Positions 57,085-64,000 of a stretch of 64,000 bases of DNA are shown piece after piece; position 1 is the stretch's first letter; each line of letters begins with the position of its first letter. The stretch is taken from positions 7,091-71,090 of the forward strand of contig CAMQTN010000003.1 of NCBI GenBank assembly GCA_947037115.1, read 5' to 3'. Under the pieces are notes generated by a model. The model searched no databases. It was given only the letters and a program-made list of their open reading frames with translations, and had not been told where the DNA came from. Origin of the DNA: an uncultured Lachnospiraceae bacterium. Lineage in GTDB: Bacteria; Bacillota; Clostridia; Lachnospirales; Lachnospiraceae. The translations under genes were made by a program, and so were the position numbers.

Positions 57085-58297
57085 CACAGAGGAGAGACGG
57101 AAGGTTTTAAAGGAAAGACTTTTGGAGAGCATCGACTATTCCAGAGAGAGTAGTGATGAGGAAATCAGAGAGTTGATAGACGGAATGCTTGTGAGGGAGA
57201 GCAGGCAAAGACCTATATCCCTGGCAGAACGAAACAGGCTCAGAAGAGAGCTCTTTCATGCAGTTCGAAAACTGGACGTGCTGCAGGAGCTTGTGGATGA
57301 TCCGCGGATCACAGAAATCATGATCAACGGGCCCGATAAAATTTTCATTGAGCAAAACGGGAAATTAAGGGAGAGTGATCTTCGATTTGACAGTAAAGAG
57401 AAGCTGCAGAACGTGATACAGCAGATTGTATCGGACTGCAACCGGACGGTCAATGAAGCGTCGCCCATCGTTGACGCAAGGCTGGAAAACGGCGCCCGCG
57501 TCAATGTGGTTTTGAATCCGGTGGCGTTAAACGGTCCCATTGTTACGATCAGGCGTTTTCCGGATAAGCCGATCACGATGGAAGATCTGGTAAGTTTCGG
57601 CTCGGTCACGGAGGAGGTATGCGGATGGCTGAACAGGCTGGTGCAGGCAAAATACAACATATTCATCAGCGGCGGAACCGGGTCGGGAAAGACTACATTT
57701 TTAAATGCGCTTTCCAACTATATTCCCGGGGAGGAACGCATTATCACGATAGAGGACAGCGCGGAATTGCAGATCAGGACAATACAAAACATTGTGCGTA
57801 TGGAGACCCGGAATGAAAACGTGGAGGGATGCCGCGAGATCACCATAAGGGATCTGATTAAGACATCTTTGAGGATGCGTCCTGATCGGATTATCGTCGG
57901 GGAAGTTCGCGGCGGCGAGGCCTTTGACATGATGCAGTGCCTGAACACAGGACATGACGGATCCATGTCAACGGGACATGCCAACAGTACGAGGGATATG
58001 TTAAGCCGTCTGGAAAATATGATACTTATGGGAATGGAAATTCCGCTGGAAGCGATCAGACAGCAGATTGCATCGGGAATTGACATCATCATTCATCTGG
58101 GCCGGCTGCGTGACAGAACGAGAAAGGTAATGGAGATTGCGGAGGTATTGGGTTACGAGAAAGGAGAAATCCGGTTATGCCCTCTCTACCGTTTCGAGGA
58201 GGATGGGCAGACAGAGGGAGGAAGGATTCTCGGCAGTCTCAGAAAGAAGGGAGAGCTTACTTATGTCGAAAAGTTACAGTCCGCCGGACTATGCTGA
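57077..58297 (+). CDS. cpaF: CpaF/TadA pilus assembly ATPase
   Basis: ITEIMING, PIVDARL, TIRRF, SGGTGSGKTT, TIEDSAEL, LRMRPDRIIVGEVRG, NTGHDGSMSTGHAN. Confidence 0.96.
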   Translation: MDNTEERRKVLKERLLESIDYSRESSDEEIRELIDGMLVRESRQRPISLAERNRLRRELFHAVRKLDVLQELVDDPRITEIMINGPDKIFIEQNGKLRESDLRFDSKEKLQNVIQQIVSDCNRTVNEASPIVDARLENGARVNVVLNPVALNGPIVTIRRFPDKPITMEDLVSFGSVTEEVCGWLNRLVQAKYNIFISGGTGSGKTTFLNALSNYIPGEERIITIEDSAELQIRTIQNIVRMETRNENVEGCREITIRDLIKTSLRMRPDRIIVGEVRGGEAFDMMQCLNTGHDGSMSTGHANSTRDMLSRLENMILMGMEIPLEAIRQQIASGIDIIIHLGRLRDRTRKVMEIAEVLGYEKGEIRLCPLYRFEEDGQTEGGRILGSLRKKGELTYVEKLQSAGLC

Positions 58298-59021
58298 ATA
58301 TCGGTTTCCCCTGAAGGAGGGGACGCTTGTCTGCCTGGAGGGGGTGGCCCTCGTTGCGATGATTGGCTATTTTTTCTATCAATCCCGGCTCGCCTGTGTT
58401 TTCCTGATTCCCGTGTTTGTCTTTTTTGTGCGGGAGAAGAAAAAGGAGCAGGCAAAAAAACGCAGACAGGAGTTAAGCATACAATTCAAAGATCTGGTGC
58501 TAGCGCTTTCGGCAAATATGAAAGCCGGATATTCAATGGAAAACGCATTGCGGGAATCTTACCGTGATATGGAGCTCCTCTATAGCGCTGACAGTCCTGT
58601 CTGTCTTGAGGTGAGGCATATGATGCGGGGACTGGAAAACAATGTGGTTTTGGAAAGGCTCCTGTACGACTTGGGTATTAGAAGCCATGTGCCCGACATT
58701 ATGCAGTTTGCGGATGTGTTTCTGATTGCCAAAAGAAGCGGGGGCAACCTGACGGAAATTTTGGAGAAGACGGCGGCAGTGATTGAGCAGAAGACTGAGA
58801 CGGACAAAGAGATACAGCTCATGATCAGCTCAAGAAAGATGGAGCAGAAAATTATGAATATGGTGCCGTTTCTCATTATCTTTTATATCGGGACTACATC
58901 GAAGGGATTTTTTGATGTGCTTTATCACAATGCCGCCGGCGTTGCGGTTATGACGGTCTGCCTGCTCTTTTACGGCGCAGCGTACTTATGTTCAAAGCGG
59001 ATTGTGGAGATTGAGGTTTGA
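58263..59021 (+). CDS. TadB-like (T2SS F domain) platform protein
   Basis: LSANMKAGYSMENA, AKRSGGNL, terminal TMs, KRIVEIEV. Confidence 0.85.
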   Translation: MSKSYSPPDYAEYRFPLKEGTLVCLEGVALVAMIGYFFYQSRLACVFLIPVFVFFVREKKKEQAKKRRQELSIQFKDLVLALSANMKAGYSMENALRESYRDMELLYSADSPVCLEVRHMMRGLENNVVLERLLYDLGIRSHVPDIMQFADVFLIAKRSGGNLTEILEKTAAVIEQKTETDKEIQLMISSRKMEQKIMNMVPFLIIFYIGTTSKGFFDVLYHNAAGVAVMTVCLLFYGAAYLCSKRIVEIEV

Positions 59022-59036
59022 GAGAAAGGAGTTTCA

Positions 59037-60494
59037 ATGATATATGTTTATGGCGGGATTTTGGGGCTTTATCTGATTCTGTTTCTTCTGTCCGCGGGAG
59101 AGGCCGGAAATCCGTTTCAAAAGATGGCGGCACGAATCTACAAAAGGAAACAGGCAGGACAGGGAGGAAATAAAAATAAGAGGAAAGATTGGAAAAAAGC
59201 ACTTTACGCAAGACAGTTGGGAGACAAGCTGAAAACCCTGAATCCGGGAATTGCGGCCACTCAGCAGATCAGGGAGTATTATCTGTCCCTGTACAGCATG
59301 CTGCTTATGGTGGTGTTTGTGGGCGATCTGCTCTGTATGGCGGCCTGGGCCAGCGCTCACAGCAACGTCAGGCTGACCGACGGGTTTTTTCTTCCCAGAA
59401 ACGCCAGCGGGGAGGGAGATGTGGAAGTGGAGCTTCTTGCGGAGATCCCGGGGATACAGGAGGAAGTCTTTGACTACCTTGTGGAGGAGAGAAAGCTCAC
59501 CGAGGAAGAACTGGAACAGAGTTTTGCGGAGGCGGAGGGGCTGCTCACCGGGGCAATTCTTGGAGAAAATGACCGTTTGGAGGACGTGCGGAAAGATTTG
59601 AAGCTGATTACGGAACTGGAGGGATATCCCTTTCAGATCAGCTGGCAGAGCAGTGTCTATTCTCTGGTTAATTCCGATGGAACGGTACACAATGAAACCC
59701 TTGCGGAGGGAGAGATTGTTGCCCTGACGGCGCGGTTTCGCTACGAGGATTGGATCAGAGAAATGGAACTTTATGTGCAGGTCAACCCCGTGGTTTATAC
59801 ACCGGAGGAGGGGCTTCGCGCGCAGATAGAAGAACTGCTTTGGGAGAGGGAGGAGAGCACGAAAAATGAGGAGACGATGGTACTGCCGGAGCAGATCGGC
59901 ACAGAACCGATTGTCTGGAAAGAGATTATAGAGGACAGCAGCGGGTATTTCCTGATTCTGGTGCTTCTGGCGGCAGGTGTGCTCTATTGGAACAGAGGAC
60001 GGGAACTGGATCAGAAACTGGAGGCGAGGAAACGGGAGCTTCTGTCTGATTATCCGGAAATTGTGAATAAACTGGCTCTCTATATGGGCGCAGGAATGAC
60101 CATCAGAAATGCCTTTTTGAAGATGGGGGAGGATTACAAAAAACAGAGAGAGGAGAGAAAGAAATATGTATATGAGGAAATATTGATGACCTGTTATGAG
60201 CTGCAGGGCGGCAGATCAGAGACGGAAGCTTATGATCATTTTGGCAGGAGGTGTCAGGTGCAGGCATATATCAGGCTGTCGGCATTGCTTTCGCAGAATA
60301 TCAGAAAGGGAAGCGGCGACCTGCTCAGAGTGCTCAGGCAGGAGGCGGACAACGCCTTTGCACAGCGCAAAAATCTGGCGAAAAAACTGGGAGAGGAGGC
60401 GGGTACAAAACTGCTTCTGCCTATGATGATGATGCTCTGTGTGGTTATGGTAATCATTATGATCCCGGCATATTTTTCTTTTACATTAAACTAA
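59037..60494 (+). CDS. TadC-like platform protein with a large extracellular Ig-like insertion
   Basis: C-terminal LYMGAGMTIRNAF...QNIRKG...GEEAGTKLLLPM; central ISWQSS...VNSDGTV...VALTARF. Confidence 0.82.
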   Translation: MIYVYGGILGLYLILFLLSAGEAGNPFQKMAARIYKRKQAGQGGNKNKRKDWKKALYARQLGDKLKTLNPGIAATQQIREYYLSLYSMLLMVVFVGDLLCMAAWASAHSNVRLTDGFFLPRNASGEGDVEVELLAEIPGIQEEVFDYLVEERKLTEEELEQSFAEAEGLLTGAILGENDRLEDVRKDLKLITELEGYPFQISWQSSVYSLVNSDGTVHNETLAEGEIVALTARFRYEDWIREMELYVQVNPVVYTPEEGLRAQIEELLWEREESTKNEETMVLPEQIGTEPIVWKEIIEDSSGYFLILVLLAAGVLYWNRGRELDQKLEARKRELLSDYPEIVNKLALYMGAGMTIRNAFLKMGEDYKKQREERKKYVYEEILMTCYELQGGRSETEAYDHFGRRCQVQAYIRLSALLSQNIRKGSGDLLRVLRQEADNAFAQRKNLAKKLGEEAGTKLLLPMMMMLCVVMVIIMIPAYFSFTLN

Positions 60495-60514
60495 TTTATC
60501 AAGGAGGAAAACAC

Positions 60515-60715
60515 ATGTTAAAAAGAGAAAAAGAAAAGAGACTGAAAGGCTTTCGGAGCTTCCTGCGGGAAGAGGAAGGCATGGGTACGGTGGAGATTAT
60601 TTTGATTATTGTGGTGCTGATCGGTCTGGTTATCATTTTCAAGACGCAGCTGCGGTCTCTGGTGGAGAAGGTGTTTGAGAAGATCACCACGGACAGCAAC
60701 ACGGTAATGGAATGA
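60515..60715 (+). CDS. Flp1-family major pilin
   Basis: 66 aa; basic leader, FLREEEG|MGTVE with Glu+5, hydrophobic helix; AAGGAGG RBS. Confidence 0.9.
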   Translation: MLKREKEKRLKGFRSFLREEEGMGTVEIILIIVVLIGLVIIFKTQLRSLVEKVFEKITTDSNTVME

Positions 60716-62148
60716 GGCGGGGATATATAACGGTATTCTTATCCCTTTCACTGACCCTGATCCTGTCCCTTGTATTCACTGTGATAGAAGGGGCACGGAT
60801 CAGTGCCGTCCGCATGAAATTTGAGTGTGTGGCAGATATAGGGATGAATTCCGTTTTGGCTGAATATCACAGAGAACTTTTGGAGCAGTACGATCTTTTG
60901 TTTGTGGATACATCCTACTGCGGCTCCCATTCGGACATTGCCAATACAGAGGCCCATCTTCGCAATTATGCACAGAAAAATCTTCATCCGGAGACGGGGA
61001 AGAGCCTGTTTGGCGGGAAAGAGTTTCTTGCGATGAATATGGGCGCGGTGGAAATTCCGGAATATTCTGTGGCCTCGGACAATAACGGCGCGGTGCTGAA
61101 GAGGCAGGTTACGGATTATATGGGAGATTATCCGATGGGGGCAATCCTCGACAAAATAAGCGGTAATATTGACCTTTTACAGGGGAGTGGACTGGATTCC
61201 ATGGACGTGGGAGCATGGCGGCAGGAGTATGAGGCACAGATTGATGCGATCGGCCTGCCGGAGAAAGAGGTGGAGGAGGGAAAGTTTGAGGAGGTGCCTC
61301 TGGATAATCCGGCGGATATCGCCAATGCCACCAGAAGCAGCGGAGTGCTGAATCTTGTCCTGGAGGATACCTCTGCGGTCTCCGCGGTGAAAGTGGACCT
61401 GGGAGAGTACATTTCCCACCGGCCGGACAGGATGGCGGGTACAGGACTTTGCGCGGAAGCCGTGGAGGCAGGCGGGGAGCCGAATGAACTGGTTTTTCAG
61501 GCCTATCTGTTTGAAAAATGTGGTTACTACAGGGAGGAAATGGAAAAATCACTCTTAAAGTATCAGATTGAGTATATTCTTGCAGGGGAAGATACGGACT
61601 GGAAAAATCTGGAACAGGTAGCAAAGAAGCTGCTGCTCTGGAGAGAGGTGTCGAATGTGCTCTATATTCTTTCAGACAGCGCGAAGGTGGCAGAGGCGCA
61701 GGCCATGGCAGCAGCGCTTACGGCAGTAACTCTTCTGCCTGCACTGATGGAGCCGGTTAAGTATACAATTCTTTTTGCCTGGGCCTATGTAGAAAGCCTA
61801 CAGGATGTAAAAACGCTGTTGAGCGGCGGCAGAGTGCCGATTATGAAGACTGCTGCCGACTGGAAGACCGGAATTAACTGCATCAAAAATGTGAGAGGGA
61901 GCCTTTCGGAGGATTCCGGAGGCAATGGATTAAATTATAAGGAATATTTGCAGATCATGCTGTTTTTACAGGATGCCGGAACCAGAACAGAGCGGGCTAT
62001 GGATATTATGGAGATGGACATCCGCTGTACGCCGGGCAATGCGCGGTTTCGTCTGGACGGCTGCTTTGACTGTTATCAGGCGCATCTGGCGGTGACGAGC
62101 CGATTTGGATATGCATATGAAATGACCAGGCAATATGGATTTTACTAG
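60712..62148 (+). CDS. DUF5702-like (TadG-like) pseudopilin
   Basis: RRG|YITVFLSL, SVLAEYHRELLEQYDL, YQIEYILAG, WAYVES, LNYKEYL. Confidence 0.75.
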   Translation: MRRGYITVFLSLSLTLILSLVFTVIEGARISAVRMKFECVADIGMNSVLAEYHRELLEQYDLLFVDTSYCGSHSDIANTEAHLRNYAQKNLHPETGKSLFGGKEFLAMNMGAVEIPEYSVASDNNGAVLKRQVTDYMGDYPMGAILDKISGNIDLLQGSGLDSMDVGAWRQEYEAQIDAIGLPEKEVEEGKFEEVPLDNPADIANATRSSGVLNLVLEDTSAVSAVKVDLGEYISHRPDRMAGTGLCAEAVEAGGEPNELVFQAYLFEKCGYYREEMEKSLLKYQIEYILAGEDTDWKNLEQVAKKLLLWREVSNVLYILSDSAKVAEAQAMAAALTAVTLLPALMEPVKYTILFAWAYVESLQDVKTLLSGGRVPIMKTAADWKTGINCIKNVRGSLSEDSGGNGLNYKEYLQIMLFLQDAGTRTERAMDIMEMDIRCTPGNARFRLDGCFDCYQAHLAVTSRFGYAYEMTRQYGFY

Positions 62149-62165
62149 GCGGGAGGTGATAAAAG

Positions 62166-63095
62166 ATGCCCTTTTTTCAATCACGAAACTATAAATCAAC
62201 CAAATCGACAGCACATTCTCTCCAGGCATATCTTGGGACATATCAAGATCGTCAAACATATATTTTCTCTACCAGATTGCTAAAAAGGGTGTCTTTTATC
62301 TTCTCTCGCGGGAGAGGATCCATGACACTGGAAGCGGCATTCGTTCTGCCATTTTTCCTGTTTGCCGTCCTCAATATTCTCTTTGCGGTAAATATTATCG
62401 GCACACAAAGCCGGATGAATGCAGCGCTGCATCAGGTGGGAAACAAGATGGCCTTTGCGGGATATGCCTACAGCGCGACGGTGGGAAATGTCCTGCCGGA
62501 CGGCCTTGCCGGTGTGGCGCTCACAGAGGGTTATGCCAGAGGACAGATCGTGGAGTATGTGGGAAAAACATATCTGGAACAATCCTGTGTGGAAGGCGGT
62601 GCAGATGGGATATCCTTCGCCGGTTCTTCGGTGATGGGAGCAGGCGATATCATTGACTTAAAGGTATCCTATCGGGTCAGGCCCTTTGCGAATCTGATGG
62701 GATTTAATGGATTTTGGGTATCACAACGTTACTACGGAAAAGCCTGGACAGGTTATGATGCCTCGGGAACGGTGAGCAATTCAGGAGAGGAAGACCCCAT
62801 GGTGTATGTCACGGAGACGGGAACGGTCTATCACACTGACAGAAACTGCACTTACCTGAATCCGAAGGTGGAGGTGGTATCTGCGGACGGGGTGGAAGGC
62901 AGACGAAACGCTTCCGGCGCAAAATATGCGTCCTGTGGTTCCTGTAGTGCAGGGGCAGGAGGAAATGAGGTTTATATCACAAATTTCGGAAACCGTTATC
63001 ACAGACAGATTAATTGTCCGGGATTAAAAAGAACGATTTATACCGTTCCCCTTTCTGAGGTTGGTGCAAGGAGGAGGTGCTCGAAGTGTGGGTAG
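62166..63095 (+). CDS. TadE-like minor pilin with long leader and two C-terminal His/Cys metal-binding repeats
   Basis: RG|SMTLEAAFVLP; VYVTETGTVYH...C...CGSC and VYITNFGNRYH...C...CSKC; GGGAGG RBS. Confidence 0.85.
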   Translation: MPFFQSRNYKSTKSTAHSLQAYLGTYQDRQTYIFSTRLLKRVSFIFSRGRGSMTLEAAFVLPFFLFAVLNILFAVNIIGTQSRMNAALHQVGNKMAFAGYAYSATVGNVLPDGLAGVALTEGYARGQIVEYVGKTYLEQSCVEGGADGISFAGSSVMGAGDIIDLKVSYRVRPFANLMGFNGFWVSQRYYGKAWTGYDASGTVSNSGEEDPMVYVTETGTVYHTDRNCTYLNPKVEVVSADGVEGRRNASGAKYASCGSCSAGAGGNEVYITNFGNRYHRQINCPGLKRTIYTVPLSEVGARRRCSKCG

Positions 63096-63508
63096 AGTTT
63101 GTACTGTTTTTGTTTTTGGCAGTCTGTGCGGTGTTTGACGGGTTATACAAACAGATTCCGTTAATAGTCGTATGGCTGGGAATGCTGACGGCGGTTTGTC
63201 TTCAAATATATGGCGCTATGGGGGAAACGGGAATACTTACGGCGGCGTTCTCTCTGATACCCGGCGCAGGATTTTTGCTGCTCAGTTTTTTCACAAGGGA
63301 GAAGGTGGGATATGGGGACGGCTGGGTACTGCTGATGATCGGGCTGTTTCTGGGTGTGTATCGCTGCTTTCTGGTATTGCTTGCGGGTCTTTTGGCAGAA
63401 TCTGCGATTGCGATTGTTCTGCTTGCCCTCAGAAAAATACAGAGGGACAGGGAAATTCCCTTTTCACCTTTCCTGCTTTTGGGAATGGGGGTGGTGGTAT
63501 GCTTATGA
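63086..63508 (+). CDS. Second A24 prepilin peptidase-like protein
   Basis: CAVFDGLYKQIP and VGYGDG Asp motifs; EIPFSPFL; GTG start after GGAGGAGG. Confidence 0.8.
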   Translation: MWVEFVLFLFLAVCAVFDGLYKQIPLIVVWLGMLTAVCLQIYGAMGETGILTAAFSLIPGAGFLLLSFFTREKVGYGDGWVLLMIGLFLGVYRCFLVLLAGLLAESAIAIVLLALRKIQRDREIPFSPFLLLGMGVVVCL

Positions 63509-63954
63509 GAAAAACAGCAAAAGGGTATATGACACTGGAAGCTTCTTTTATCATTACCTGGACGGTGTTTGTCTTCGTTCTTCTCATCTATCTGTCTTTC
63601 TATTCCTATGACAAGTGCGTTCTCTTTCAGGATGCCTATACGGTATGTTTTAAGGGAAGCATTCAAAAGAAGGAAGGGCAGGTAGTGCCTTATATCAATG
63701 CGCACATGCAAAAACAGTTCGGAAAAAAGTATTTTGGCGTTGGCAAGGTGACAGGAACGGTAGACAGCGACGGCAATACAACCAGCGTGACAGGGGAGTG
63801 TCAGGTGAAAGTGCCGGTCAGGCAGTTTTTTACGCTGCATAATCAGACGGGGTGGAAGATACGAACCAGAGCCAAAGCGCAGATGATCAATCCCACGAAG
63901 ATGATACGCAGGAGCCGAATGGCAGGAAGAGTGATCACAAAGTTAGGAAAATGA
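63505..63954 (+). CDS. TadE-family minor pilin
   Basis: KG|YMTLEASF followed by a hydrophobic helix; ATGA overlap with the upstream gene. Confidence 0.8.
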   Translation: MRKTAKGYMTLEASFIITWTVFVFVLLIYLSFYSYDKCVLFQDAYTVCFKGSIQKKEGQVVPYINAHMQKQFGKKYFGVGKVTGTVDSDGNTTSVTGECQVKVPVRQFFTLHNQTGWKIRTRAKAQMINPTKMIRRSRMAGRVITKLGK

Positions 63955-63962
63955 AAGGATGG

Positions 63963-64000
63963 ATGGAAGAAATGCTTGAAGCCAAATATTTCAGGGATTA
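63963..64000 (+). CDS. 5' end of the next Tad-locus gene (truncated; possibly DUF6382/FHA-type)
   Basis: AAAGGA RBS then MEEMLEAKYFRD running off the window. Confidence 0.4.
   Translation, partial: MEEMLEAKYFRD

Overview
64-kb chromosomal window from a motile, spore-forming, low-GC Gram-positive gut bacterium, most consistent with Lachnospiraceae (bofA, bile salt hydrolase, flagellin, Tad/Flp pilus). In order: (1) a carbohydrate ABC uptake locus with a Cys-rich small gene, a GH127/GH146-type enzyme, a GH31 enzyme and an esterase; (2) a LacI-controlled sugar ABC plus amylosucrase-like (GH13_4) operon; (3) a 2-hydroxyacid dehydrogenase, mtaD, an EAL/HDOD gene and ahcY; (4) an AAA-ATPase/PD-(D/E)XK nuclease, an M18 aminopeptidase, an AraC regulator and a two-component pair; (5) a Zn-hydrolase/ABC exporter/two-component/FtsX-type ABC cluster interrupted by a frameshifted DUF1016 nuclease gene; (6) an orphan CheC/FliY-like gene, a CarD-like gene, an ECF sigma with putative anti-sigma, ComFB, a metal permease, tRNA-Lys(CTT), tatD and rsmA; (7) a large TPR/acidic-repeat/pseudo-AAA protein, glgB and bsh; (8) a sigma28-type operon encoding a ~1035-aa FliK-like protein, an atypical flagellin and FliS; (9) yaaL/bofA; (10) a Tad/Flp pilus locus running off the right edge. 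No CRISPR array, rRNA, integrase or transposase was seen. The most notable observations are a 28-bp long-range stem that buries the RBS and start codon of a Zn-finger TadE-like pilin gene and has a mutually exclusive alternative hairpin; a ~69-nt palindromic element read in frame inside an ABC permease gene; an mtaD+ahcY pair whose hydrolase carries the HxExK fingerprint associated with S-inosylhomocysteine use; and the sigma28 FliK-like/flagellin/FliS module. All family assignments come from motif recognition by eye, not database searches.
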